Positions 26,582-38,900 are shown, counted from the first letter of the stretch. The stretch: DNA of 64,000 nt from Eledone cirrhosa (GCA_964016885.1 OZ024748.1:23932001-23996000); one strand, 5' to 3'. The notes: generated from the letters alone by a model not told the origin. Translations and numbers: made by a program.

Positions 26582-28225
26582 GCAACAATAAAGACAACAA
26601 AAACAACAACAACACAAACGTCACAAGTATCCACACACGAAACGAGAAAGACAACAACAACAACAAAGATGAAAACAACTCAAACGACGAGAAACAAAAC
26701 AATACTAATATCCAAAACGAAAACAAAATATCTTTTGCACAAACGGCTAAATTATCAGTCGCTTATGTGCTGGAAGATATTTCAAAAGCAAAAGAAATGC
26801 TGGAAAAAGCCAAGAAATATGTGTCTTTTGGCGAAAACGGATCGTTTTCTATACATTCACCTCCGGAGCTAAAAAGACAGACGGAATTACGAACTGTCGT
26901 ATTCCGAACAATTTTAAATAAAACAAAGAAACCAGCGCAACCATCTCAAGCGGAAACTCAGTTAGTCTTGAAAGACGCGATGAGAGACATCACTTTCATA
27001 CAAAAGGATAAACTCTATGGGAGTTTATCCATATTGATGAAAGACGAATTGGCGGCAAAAAAATACTCTGTGTCGCCAATTCGGTCCACACACTACACCT
27101 TCTTCCCCACCTACATGGGTAAAAAAACCCAGAGGATATGGATAACCACCATCACCCCAAACATAAACTACTGGTGGTTACTAACCGGTTTCCTCAATTT
27201 AGACGAGGACAACCTCATCTCAATAGGGAAGGCATCCGGCGACGCGTTCAGTGGAACGAGCCTCGAAGTTCTGACCCAAATAAGGCCAGAACGCATCGCC
27301 CAAATCCCTGAGCGCGTCATGCTGGATGACCGTACCCACCTCAACATTATTGTGGAGGGTAGGCGTCCCTCCTGTTACCTCTGTGGCAATAGAGGTCACC
27401 TGAGGGCTGCCTGTCCCCAGCTCACACAGAAAAAAACACTGCTACCAACACCAACACCACCCCAACTACAACAACAAAAACAACCACAACAATAACAAAA
27501 ACCAACAACCCCACCACCACCACCACAACAACAACAACAACAAACACGTGAAAAAATAACACAGAATACTGTCCCACCCAATCCCTCCCCACCCAAAACA
27601 AATACAAAAACACGCACACCGCAAACACTACCAGAAAACATACCCCTCCCACCCAACAAGGAAGACGAACCTCTTTCGTCGCAAGACGAAAAAGATCCCT
27701 TCCAACAAGTAAAAAGAAAGAAGAGGAGACGCACCACAGACACACATGTTAACTTTAATCCCCCCCCAAGAGAACACAAACTACACACAAACCACCCCTC
27801 CCTGTCACACAACACTAACTGCTACACAAAAAAAGACCTTACAATACACATACATGAACACAGACAACAAAGAATTACGGAAAACAATTTCAGCAAACCC
27901 TTCGGTCCAAACTGAAGGGCCAAACTTTATAACTGCTGTGGGACTACCTCATTTGAAAATGATAAAAGTCCCAATGCACTTGTACAAAACACTGAAAATA
28001 AATTTCACCGAGGACGTGGGCCCCCCTTGCGCCAAACCAATCAACCGCGTCCTCCTAAAAAATTTCACCCCCCCACCCCACCCAGACACCCACTCAACGA
28101 CAAACACCCCAACCCCACAACACACCGATGCCCCTTCACTTCCACAAACCACAACCCCACCCAACAACCCATCCCCAACCAGCATGGAAATTGAGCGGCC
28201 CGTTTCCCGGGACGCAGAGAGGTAA
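26374..28225 (+). CDS. Tx1 copy 5 ORF1 (nucleic-acid-binding, single CCHC knuckle, Pro/Thr/Gln-rich tail); interrupted by TAA 27493-27495 and a C-run frameshift near 27760
   Basis: ATG 26374; CYLCGNRGHLRAAC; C-terminal block SVQTEG..PHLKMIKVPM..EDVGPP..KPINRVLLK conserved with copy 7; ends ..AER*. Confidence 0.8.
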
Positions 28226-28249
28226 GTGCCTTTTCTCTTTACCAACAAC

Positions 28250-31200
28250 ATGGCTGTGCTAAGAGTAGGGTGTCTAAATGCGCGTGGCCTGGGCTCGTCT
28301 TGGAAGCAAGCAATGCTTCTAAATGACCTCAGGTCACAATCTATAAATGTGATGGTTATCTGCGAGGCCCGGATCAGCAGCATGCGACAGCTAGCCCCCA
28401 CCTTTGACGACTTTGAGATGCACACATCTCTCTGTCAGCCCGGAGGTGGGGGTGGGGTTGTCGTTCTGCTGCAAAAACATATGGGCCTTGCAACACAGAT
28501 AGTTCACTTGGACCCAGGGGGTCGACTGGTGGTGCTGGACCTTGGCAGTGGTGAAGGTAGAGCCTTTAGGCTGATAGCCGCATATGCCCCTTTTGGGACA
28601 GAGCGGCCCGACTTTTTCCAGCGTCTGGAGTCTTTTCTAGGGACGTCCCGTTCCCTGCTTTTAGTGGGGGATTGGAATGGTATCCTGGATGCACGTTGGG
28701 ACTATGCAGGGGCATGTCCCGATAGAGAGGGGTGCAACAGCCTCAAGGGGTTACTCGGCCGATTTGACCTGGCCGATAGATTTCGACTAGATTTTCCGAC
28801 GGTGCCAACCTGGTCTTGGTCAAATCGCAGCGGATCATCTAGATCGTACCTAGATAGATTTTTAGTTAGAAATAAGGACAGGGACTTTTTAAGTTGTCCA
28901 GAAATGCTCATGGTTGGCTATTCAGACCACAAGTTGGTGACCTGCATGGTCAACCTTGATAGAACGCATAGACAGGGCCCCGGTTACTGGAAGCTCAACT
29001 TGTCCTTGCCGGCAAGTAGAGCCTACAGGAATCGGATTAGTACGTTAGTTAAGGAACGGTTGACTGGAGCGATCGTCAACAGCAGGTGGTGGGTATCTCT
29101 AAAGAGAGAGATTAGAATAGTCTCGATTGAATTTAGTAAGGCTCTAGCTGCGGATAGGAATAGGAAGGAAAGGGAGCTAATAGATAGAGTAGAAGAGGCA
29201 ATTAGAAGCGGCGACGTGGCCAGAGTGCTAGCGTCGAGAACGGCTTTGAGCCAGTTTTTCGACGCGAAGCACGAAGGCTGCGTTGTCCGAAGTAAAATAC
29301 GTGCTCTAGGGAACGAGGAGGCCAAAGCTGTTAGCTGGGCCCGCGTGACAGAGGCCAACAGTGGAACTAAATCCACCATCCGGTCTTTGCGAGACCTGGA
29401 TGGACGGGCGATTCTTGAGCCTAAACAGATGTGTGAGGCCTTTCAAAGGCACTTTGCCCGACTGTTCGGGAGGGGCGGGGAGCCGGTTGGGAACGTGGAC
29501 TTCGGTCCATACCTCGACGGCCTGCCGCGCCTCTCGGACAGGGAGGCGAAGTCCTGCGAGGAGCCGATTTCGGCCGCTGAGATAGAGGACGTGCTGAGCC
29601 AATGCGGCAAACGCAAATCCCCGGGTCTCGATGGTCTTCCTTACGAATTATATCTAGCTATGCCGGACTTGTTCCCCGATCTCCTCGAGGCGGTCTACTG
29701 CAACTGGCGACAGAACGGGAGAATTCCCTGTACTGTGACCAAGGGCGTAGTCACGCTAGTGAGGAAGGACGAGAACAAGGGGGACGAAATAAGTAACTTC
29801 AGGCCCATAACTCTGCTAAATACAGAGTTACAGATTTTGGCCAAGGTGCTAGCAAAGAGGTTGGCGCTTGTCGTGGGCAACCTGGTGGGAGATGCGCAGA
29901 CATGCGCTATCCCGTCCAGGTCCATCCATGACAACCTCCACCTCATGCGATACATCATAGAGAGGGTTGGGAACGAACCCGGCTTTGGTGGGGCTCTGAT
30001 CAACTTGGATCAATCTAAGGCGTTCGATAGGGTCGACCATGGTTACCTGGATGCGGTGCTAGCGGCGGCAGGCTTCGGACCCGTTTTCAGGGGCTGGATC
30101 ACTGCTATGCACAGCAGCCGCATCTGCTCTAGGGTCAAGGTGAACGGCTACCTCTCGGAGCCGTTCAAAATCGCGCGGTCCATCCGACAAGGGTGCCCTC
30201 TCTCCTCCCTTCTGTATGTGTTGACTCTCGAGCCACTACTGCGGAAGTTGGAGTTGTTGCAGGGCATCCCCTTGGAACCGGGATTGCGGAAAGCGGTGTC
30301 AGCCTACGCCGATGATGTGACAGTAATGGTGTCGACGGCCTCCGAAATCGAGGCGGTCGGCACCTTACTGGAGGAGTACGAAAAGTTCACAGGGGCTAAG
30401 CTGAACCGGGACAAGTCGATCGGTTTGCAACTCGGCACGTGGAGGGGCAAACCGATGCCCTCTGATGGCGTCGTCGGACGCTGGACGGAGGGCCCGGTGA
30501 AGTTGCTCGGGGTCTGGTTCGGACCGGACCTCCAGGTGGAGAAAAACTGGGCGGAGGTTACGAACAGGGTGTTTGCACTGACCCAGAAGTGGGCCAGTTG
30601 CAAACTATCCCTGAAAGGTCGGGCGGAGGTGGCGAACACTTATATAGCGTCCGTCATCTACTACCGCCTGACCGTAGTGCCCTGCCCAAGGGAAACCCTC
30701 ACCAAGATGGAGCGCGCGCTCTTCCAATTCCTTTGGAAGAGGCGGGCTCCTATGGTGAGGAGATCCATCTGCTGTCAACACCCTTCGAAAGGAGGGCTGG
30801 GGATGCCGTGGCTAATGATGCGTAAACACGCATTAAGGCTACGGCACCTCTACGTATTCCTCACCGGACAACCGGTGTGGGCCTCGTTTGTGAGACGAAC
30901 CTTTCCCAGACTCGTCTCACTCACCGAGCTGCAATCCTGGGTCAAGCAAAGACCGAGAAAACTGGGCGCCTGGCACACTGAGTGTGCCCAGGCGCTCACC
31001 GCCCTCTGGCAGGCGGATCCGGTTGTCAGTGGAGACTCCACCGCAACATTCTATAGAGGGCTGGTACGCAGCAGGTGCGACGACGCCCTCGGAGAAGCCC
31101 TAGACATGGAGGAGGACGAACTGGCCAGCCTGTTCGGTAGGACATTCAGCCCGGGACCTATGGACAACTTCCAGAAGTCCCTGGCCTGGCAGTGCTACCG

Positions 31201-31687
31201 AGGGGCTTTACCCGTTCGAGAAAGGCTCTACAGACACGGGCGCCCGGGTAGGGACCCCGCCAAAAAGATCTGTCCCAGATGCGTGTGCGACGAGGAAACC
31301 GTTGCACACGCATTGGTACACTGCTCGGGCGTAGCCGATCTGTGGGGCTATGTCGAACAACTGCTGTCAAGGGTGGGACCGATCCGGTTGACCACCGAGT
31401 CTATTGTAATGATCAAGCCGCCTCCCCCCTTCAAAGATGAAGCAGAGGCGGTGTTTCTGTGCGTAATAGCCATGGCGAAAGAGGTTGTATGGTGGACGCG
31501 TCTGAAAGGACTGAGGTCAGGCACCTTTCTCTCTGGCCAACAACTGGTCCGTTTCTTCCGATATCATTTCGGAAGAAGGATCAGGATGGAGAGAGAGGTG
31601 CTGCACCCCAGCCGTTTCTATGAAAGATGGGTGAAAGTGGCGAGAATGGCCCGTGTGAATGGGCCTTCTCTTTACATAAGCCTGTAG
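28250..31687 (+). CDS. Tx1 copy 5 ORF2: intact APE endonuclease-reverse transcriptase-CCHC (~1145 aa)
   Basis: LNARGL, GDWN, YLDRF, YSDH; KSPGLDG, NFRPITLLN, LDQSKAFDRV, IRQGCPLS, AYADD; GGLG; CPRC..H..C. No stops. Confidence 0.97.
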   Translation: MAVLRVGCLNARGLGSSWKQAMLLNDLRSQSINVMVICEARISSMRQLAPTFDDFEMHTSLCQPGGGGGVVVLLQKHMGLATQIVHLDPGGRLVVLDLGSGEGRAFRLIAAYAPFGTERPDFFQRLESFLGTSRSLLLVGDWNGILDARWDYAGACPDREGCNSLKGLLGRFDLADRFRLDFPTVPTWSWSNRSGSSRSYLDRFLVRNKDRDFLSCPEMLMVGYSDHKLVTCMVNLDRTHRQGPGYWKLNLSLPASRAYRNRISTLVKERLTGAIVNSRWWVSLKREIRIVSIEFSKALAADRNRKERELIDRVEEAIRSGDVARVLASRTALSQFFDAKHEGCVVRSKIRALGNEEAKAVSWARVTEANSGTKSTIRSLRDLDGRAILEPKQMCEAFQRHFARLFGRGGEPVGNVDFGPYLDGLPRLSDREAKSCEEPISAAEIEDVLSQCGKRKSPGLDGLPYELYLAMPDLFPDLLEAVYCNWRQNGRIPCTVTKGVVTLVRKDENKGDEISNFRPITLLNTELQILAKVLAKRLALVVGNLVGDAQTCAIPSRSIHDNLHLMRYIIERVGNEPGFGGALINLDQSKAFDRVDHGYLDAVLAAAGFGPVFRGWITAMHSSRICSRVKVNGYLSEPFKIARSIRQGCPLSSLLYVLTLEPLLRKLELLQGIPLEPGLRKAVSAYADDVTVMVSTASEIEAVGTLLEEYEKFTGAKLNRDKSIGLQLGTWRGKPMPSDGVVGRWTEGPVKLLGVWFGPDLQVEKNWAEVTNRVFALTQKWASCKLSLKGRAEVANTYIASVIYYRLTVVPCPRETLTKMERALFQFLWKRRAPMVRRSICCQHPSKGGLGMPWLMMRKHALRLRHLYVFLTGQPVWASFVRRTFPRLVSLTELQSWVKQRPRKLGAWHTECAQALTALWQADPVVSGDSTATFYRGLVRSRCDDALGEALDMEEDELASLFGRTFSPGPMDNFQKSLAWQCYRGALPVRERLYRHGRPGRDPAKKICPRCVCDEETVAHALVHCSGVADLWGYVEQLLSRVGPIRLTTESIVMIKPPPPFKDEAEAVFLCVIAMAKEVVWWTRLKGLRSGTFLSGQQLVRFFRYHFGRRIRMEREVLHPSRFYERWVKVARMARVNGPSLYISL

Positions 31688-31950
31688 GTGGAAAAGAGGA
31701 AGGAACGAGGGAGCACCCCCTCTCTGTGCTCCTGAGGAAAAGGGTTGCACACTTTTTTCGGGGGTGTGTGCGACCCCCCAAGGCGCCTCCTCTCTATTGA
31801 GGATTTTGTTAAAAATTTTATTTTTTGTTATATCTTATTTTATTTTTATATTTTGTTATTGCCTCCTCCTTATTGAGGACGCCTTTTTGTGTAAACTCCC
31901 CCCTTTGTACTTGTCCCACTTTTGATGCCCTAGTGGCAAATAAAAGAAAC

Positions 31951-31995
<45 letters not shown>

Positions 31996-31996
<1 letters not shown>

Positions 31997-33708
31997 GTAC
32001 GTACTGACTCTCGAGCCACTACTGCGGAAGCTGGAGCTATTGCAGGGCATCCCTCTGGAACCGGGACTGCGGAAAGCGGCGTCGGCCTACGCCGACGACG
32101 TGACAGTAATGGTGTCGAGCGCCTCGCAAATCGAGAAAGTCGGCACCTTACTAAAGGAATACGAAAGTCTCACAGGAGCGAAGCTGAACCGGGACAAGTC
32201 CATCGGTTTGCAACTCGGATCGTGGAGAGGCAGACCGATGCCTTCCGATGGCGTCGTCGGACGCTGGACGGAAGGACCGGTAAAGCTGCTCGGGGTCTGG
32301 TTTGGTCCGGACCTCCAGGTGGAGAAGAACTGGAACGAAGTGACGGCCAAGGTGTTTGCACTCACCCAGAAGTGGGCCGAGTGCAAACTATCCTTGAAAG
32401 GTCGAGCGGAGGTGGCGAACACTTTTATAGCGTCCGCCATCTACTACCGCTTGACCGTCGTGCCTTGTCCAGCCAAAACGCTCGCCAAAATGGAGCGCGC
32501 CCTCTTCCGATTCCTTTGGAAGAGGCGGGCTCCTTTGGTAAGAAGATCCATCTGCTGCCAACACCCTTCTAACGGAGGGATGGGGATGCCGTGGTTGACG
32601 ATGCGCAAACACGCGCTCAGGCTGCGGCATCTCTACGTATTCCTCACCGGAAAACCGGTGTGGGCCCCGTTCGTGAGGCGAGCCTTCCCACGACTCGTCT
32701 CACTGACCGAGCTACAGTCCTGGGTCAAGCAGAGACCGAGGAAAATGGGCGACTGGCACATCGAATGTGCTCAGGCGCTCACAGCCCTCTGGCAGGCGGA
32801 CCCGGCGATCAGTGGAGACTCCACTTCGTCATTCTATAGAGGGTTGGTCCGCAGCAAGTGCGACGACGCGCTCGGTGAAACTCTAGGCGTGGAGGAAGAT
32901 GAACTGGCCAGTCTGTTCGGTAGGACCTTCCGCCCGGGACCGATGGACAACTTCCAAAAGTCCCTGGCCTGGCAGTGCTACCGAGGAGCTCTACCAGTTC
33001 GAGACAAGCTCTACAGACATGGGCGCCCGGGCAGGGACCCTGCAAAAAAGATCTGTCCGAGGTGCGTGCGAGACGAAGAAACCGTCGCGCACGCATTCAT
33101 ACACTGCCCGGGCGTCACTGACCTGTGGGGCTATGTAGAACGACTATTGTCGCGGGTGGGACCAATCCAGTTGACCACCGAGTCCATTGTCATGATCAAA
33201 CCGCCACCCTCCTTCAAAAACGAAGGAGAGGCGGTTTTCCTTTGTGTGATAGCTATGGCGAAAGAGGTTGTATGGTGGACAAGGTTGAAAGGGCTGAGGT
33301 CAGACACCTTTCTCTCCGGCCAACAACTGATTCTTTTTTTCAAATACCACTTTGGAAGAAGAATCAGGATGGAGAGAGAGGTGCTGTACCCCAGCAAGTT
33401 TTATGAAAGGTGGGTGAAAGTGGCGAGAATGGCCCGAGTGAATGGGCCTTCTCTCTATATCAGCCTGTAGGTTGAGGAAAAGAAGGAGGAGAGGAAAGGA
33501 GTACAAGCTCTTCGTACTCCTGGAGATGAGGGTTGCACATTTTTTTCGGGGGTCTGTGTTACCCATATAAACTGTCTCCCTCTATTGGGGAAAATCGACT
33601 AACTTTTAAATTCCATCTGTGATAACATTTTACACGTTTTTATTGTATGTAAACTTCCCCCTTTGTATTTGTCCCCTTCTTTTGTGCCCCTGTGGCTAAT
33701 AAAGAAAT
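31996..33708 (+). mobile_element. Tx1 copy 6: 5'-truncated inside RT, open to stop at 33470
   Basis: Starts at ..YVLTLEPLLRKL; AYADD; CCHC; 3'UTR. Confidence 0.95.
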
Positions 33709-33709
33709 A

Positions 33710-33763
<54 letters not shown>

Positions 33764-33978
33764 CCTATAGCATCAATCTAGCTGCCGTCTGTTCTACAGT
33801 GTGGATGTAATTCACTTTGCGCAGAAGTTTTGTTCAAATTTAATTTTGATACAATTGTGTAGCTTGACCCCCCGTCTGAACTGTCAGGCGGTGGGTCAGC
33901 TCATCTTTACCCCTCCTAGAGGTGAAAAACCTGTTTTAAAAAATTTTGTGGCAAAAAAATTTCAATCGTCTAACAGAA

Positions 33979-35874
33979 ATGTTAAACGCAGCGAACGAAA
34001 ATAGTGGTGGGGGGACAGCGGTAAGAGTTGTAAGCTCGCACGCTTTAGTCCCCCCTTCCTTCCCAACTAACGTCATAGAGAAGGAAGGAAAAATTAAAAT
34101 AAAAACAGACGAATCTGCGGAGAAAAAAAATGACGAAAACACAAATCTGGACATGGATTCCAACAACGAAAAAAAAATTTGAAAAATTGCATGACAATAC
34201 TAATGACACAAACAAAGACACAACAAACACAAAAATAACATTTGAAAATAACACCATAACAGAAAGCAAAGCAGACGACAAGATTTCATTTGCACAGACA
34301 ACAAAGAAATCTTTGACTTATATACCGGAAAATATTTCAGATGTGGCACGAAGAATCACAGACGTCAAACAATATATAAGTGAAGGAGAGAATGGTATTT
34401 TATCGGTAAAAATGCCTCAAGAATTCACCAAAGACATTGAAAGCCGAACGGTCAAGTTCCGTACCGTCAACAACAGTACAAAAAAACCTGAACAGCCTTC
34501 TCAAGCAGATATCAAAACAGTACTCACAGAAGTACTTAATGAAACCACTTTCATAAGAAAAGACAGACTGTATGGAAGCCTAGCAATTATCATGAAGAAC
34601 GAATCGGCGGCAAAAAAATGTGCTTTGTCACCGATTCGTTCGAAAAATTTTACCTTTTATCCATCTTATATGGGTAAAAGAACTCAACGCATATGGCTGG
34701 ATGCAATGATGCCAGATGTGGACTACTGCTGGCTCATAGCTGGCTTCATCGATCCAGTGAATGACAACGTGATTTCCATTGGGAAAACCACAGGCAATGC
34801 GTTCAGTGGAACAGGTATAGAGCTGGTAGTGCAAATGAAGCCTGAACGCATCGCCCAAATACCCGACAGAATCCTATTAGAGGGCCACGGGTATATAAAC
34901 ATTAGCGTGGAGGGGAGAAGGCCGTCCTGCCATATTTGTGCAGGCAGAGGGCACCTGAAGGCCGCTTGTCCCCAACTCAACAAAAAGAAAACCCTGCTAC
35001 CAACACCAGCTCCACCACCACCACCACAATAGATAAACAAACAACAAAACTCAGTCCCACCCAACCCGTCCCTCAGTAAAACCACACCACCACCACAACA
35101 CAAACAGTCACAACACATTACCCCAAAACAAAATACAGGCCCACCCAACCTCTCACTCAATAAAACAACACAACCACCGCAGACACAACACACAACACAG
35201 TCTAACATAGTGACATCCATCTCCCCCACAAAGAAAACCAACACGGAAACATTACCAGCAAACATACCTCTTCCCTCCAACACTGAAGATAACCCAACGA
35301 ATTCGGAGGAAGAAACGGAGTCCTTCAGACAAATTAAAAGGAAAAAAAGAAAACATGTGCAAAACACACAAGGCCAAACAACCCCCACCCAAATCTCAAC
35401 ACAATCCAACAAAACAGGAAACACCCCTCCAGCAACAAACAAAACCAAACCTGCCCCTCCCCTCTTCGAAACACTCACACCATCCGAAAAAAAGACATTA
35501 CACTATACTTACATCAACAGAAACAATAATAAATTAAATGAACTCATATACAATAATCCTTCGGTACAAACCGAAGGTGTAAACTTTGTTTCTTCAGAAA
35601 ACTACCCACATTTAAAATTAATAAAGATCCCAATGAACCTCTACCAAAAACTAAAAAAGGATTTTAAGGAGGACGTAGGACCACCCTCTGTCAAACCCAT
35701 AAACCGCGTCCTACTAAAAAGCTTTCCCCCTCCCCTTCCCCTCCTCAACACAACTCCAAACACCCCAACCCCACCACACACTGACGACCCCACACCACCA
35801 CAAGACACCCCTTCACCCAACACCCCGACCCCATGGAAGTCGTGCAACCCGAACCCCGGGAAGCGGAAAGGTAG
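33979..35874 (+). CDS. Tx1 copy 7 ORF1 (divergent subfamily); A-run frameshift ~34175, in-frame TAG 35030-35032, frameshift ~35830
   Basis: CHICAGRGHLKAAC; KISFAQT, PSQA, LYGSL, YMGK, ERIAQIP shared with copy 5; homologous end MEVVQPEPREAER*. Confidence 0.8.
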
Positions 35875-35907
35875 GTCTCTACACTCTCCTTTGGCTCTGC
35901 CGCCCAC

Positions 35908-38900
35908 ATGGATGTGTTAAGAGTAGGATGTTTGAATGCACGTGGCCTGGGCTCAACTTGGAAGCAAGCAAAGCTTCTAAATGACCTCAGGTCATGTAGT
36001 ATAAATGTAATGGTTATCTGTGAGACTCGAATCAGCGTCGTGCGGCAGCTGGCCCCCACCTTCGATGACTTTGAGGTGCATGCATCTCTCTGTCAACCTG
36101 GAGGTGGGGGTGGGGTTGTCGTACTGCTGCAAAAACACCTGGGTCTTGCCGTACAGGTTGTGCACTCGGACCCGGGGGGTCGTTTGTTGGTGCTAGACGT
36201 TGGCAGTAGTGAAAGTGCGGCCTTGAGACTGGTCGCCGTCTACTCCCCTTTCGGAGCTGAACGGCCCGACTTCTTCCAGCGTTTGGAGACTTTTCTGGGA
36301 ACGTCGCGTTCCCTGCTTCTAGCGGGGGATTGGAATGACATCCTAGATGCACGTTGGGACTATGCAGGAGCATGTCCTAATAGAGGGGCGTGTAACAGAC
36401 TCAAGGGGTTACTCGACCGTTTTAACTTGGTCGATAGATATCGACTAGATTTTCCAACTGTGCCTACCTGGACTTGGAGAAACCACAGTGGTCAATCTAG
36501 ATCGTACTTAGATAGATTCTTAGTTAGAAGTAAGGATAGGGACATATTAAGCTGTCCAGAAATGCTCACGGTTGGCTCACGGTTGGCAATCAAGAGCGAA
36601 GATGTGGCCAGAGTGCTGGCATCGAGGACGGCCTTGAACCAGTTTTTCGATGCAAAGCACGAAGGCTGCGTCATTCGAAGTAAAATACGTGCTCTAGGTA
36701 ATGAGGGGGCCAAAGCCGTTGGCTGGGCCCGCGTGACAGAAGCTAAGAGTGGAAATCGATCCACCATCCGGTCGTTGCAAGACGAAGATGGACGGGTGAT
36801 CCGGGAGCCTAAGCAGATGTGCGAGGCCTTTCAAAGGCACTTTGCCCGATTGTTCGGGGGAGGCGAGGGTCCGGGCGGGGGCGTGGATTTCGGTCCATAC
36901 CTCGACGGCCTGCTGCGTCTCTCGAGCGAAGAGGCAGAGTCCTGCGAGGGACCAATCTCGGCTGATGAGATCGGAGATGCGCTGAGCCAATGCAGCAGAC
37001 GCAAATCTCCAGGTCTCGATGGTATACCTTACGAACTTTATTTAGCAATGCCGGTCTTCTTCTCCGAACTCCTCGAAGCGGTCTACTGCAATTGGCAGCA
37101 GAACGGGAGAATTCCTTGTTCTGTAACCAAGGGCGTAGTCACGCTGGTGAGGAAGGACGAGAACAAGGGAGATAGTATAAATAATTTTCGGCCCATAACC
37201 CTGCTAAACACAGAGTTAAAGATTTTGGCCAAGGTGTTAGCAAAGAGGTTGGCGCTTGTCGTGGGTGGCCTGGTGGGAGATGCGCAGACATGTGCTATCC
37301 CATCCAGGTCCATTCACGATAACCTCCACCTCATGCGATACATCATAGAGAGGGTTGGCAACAAACCCGGCTTCGGTGGGGCCCTGATCAACTTGGATCA
37401 GTCTAAGGCCTTCGATAGGGTCGACCATGGTTACCTGGATGCGGTGCTAGCGGCGGCTGGGTTCGGTCCTGTTTTCAGATGCTGGATCACTGCCTTACAT
37501 AGCAACCACATCTGTTCTAGGATCAAGGTGAACGGCTACCTTTCGAAGCCGTTTGAAATCATACGATCCATTCGACAGGGGTGCCCTCTCTCCTCCCTTC
37601 TGTACGTATTGACTCTCGAGCCTTTACTGAGGAAGTTGGAGTTGTTGCAGGGTATCCCCCTGGAACCAGGATTGAGCAAAGCGGTGTCGGCCTACGCCGA
37701 TGACGTAACAGTAATGGTATCGACCGACTCGGAGATCGAGGCGATCGGTACCTTACTGGAGGATTACGAAAGGTTGTCAGGAGCGAAACTGAACCGGGAA
37801 AAATCCATCGGGCTGCAACTCGGAACGTGGAGAGGCAGACCGATGCCTCCTGACGGTGTCGTCGGACACTGGACGGAGGGCCCGGTAAAGTTGCTTGGGG
37901 TCTGGTTTGGACCGGACCTCCAGGTGGAAAAGAACTGGAACGAGGTTACGAACAAGGTGTTTGCACTAACCCAGAAATGGGCCAAGTGTAAGCTGTCCCT
38001 AAAAGGCCGGGCGGAGGTGGCGAACATTTACATAGCATCCGTCACTTACTACCGCCTGACTGTCGTGCCTTGCCCTAAGGAAACACTCACCACCATGGAA
38101 CGCATGCTCTTCCAATTTCTTTGGAAGAAGCGCCCTCCTATGGTGAGAAGATCCATCTGCTGCCAACAACCTTCGAAAGGAGGGCTGGGGATGCCGTGGT
38201 TGATGATGCGTAGGCACGCATTAAGGCTACGGCACCTACAGGTATTCCTCACTGGTCAACCGGTGTGGGCTCCGTTCGTGAAACGAGCCTTTCCGAGACT
38301 CGTCTCACTCACCGAGCTACAGTCCTGGATCAAGCAAAGATCCGGAAAACTGGGAGACTGGCACACTGAGTGTGCTCAGGCGCTCAGGGCTCTCTGGCAA
38401 GCGGGCCGGGCCATCGGTAGAGAATCCACCTCATCATTCTATAGAGGGCTGGTGGCTAGCAGGGGCGATGACACCCTTGGAGAGTCGCTGGACATGGAAG
38501 AAGACGAACTGGCCAGCCTGTTCGGTAGGACTTTCGGCCCAGGACCAATGGACAACTTCCAGAAGTCACTGGCCTGGCAGTGCTACCGGGGGACTCTACC
38601 CGTTCGAGAGAGGCTCTACAGACACGGGCGCCCGGGCAGGGATCCCTCAAAAAAGATTTGCCCTAGATGCGTGCGTCACGAAGAAACCATTGCGCACGCA
38701 TTGGTGCAATGTCCGGGCGTGGCTCATCTGTGGGGCTACGCCGAACGACTGCTGTCGCGGGTGGCGCCGATTAAATTGACCGCCGAGTCCGTGATGACAA
38801 TCAAACCGCCTCCCCTCTTCACAAAGGAAGCAAAGGCGGTTTTTCTGTGCGTAATAGCCATGTTGAAAGAGGTTGTTTGGTGGACACGATTGAAAGGTCT

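Noticed and set aside
31688-31925. Hydrophobic open frame in the Tx1 3'UTR as an env-like ORF3
   Set aside because: Not kept in the same frame in other copies (early stops in copies 3 and 7); hydrophobicity follows from T-richness.
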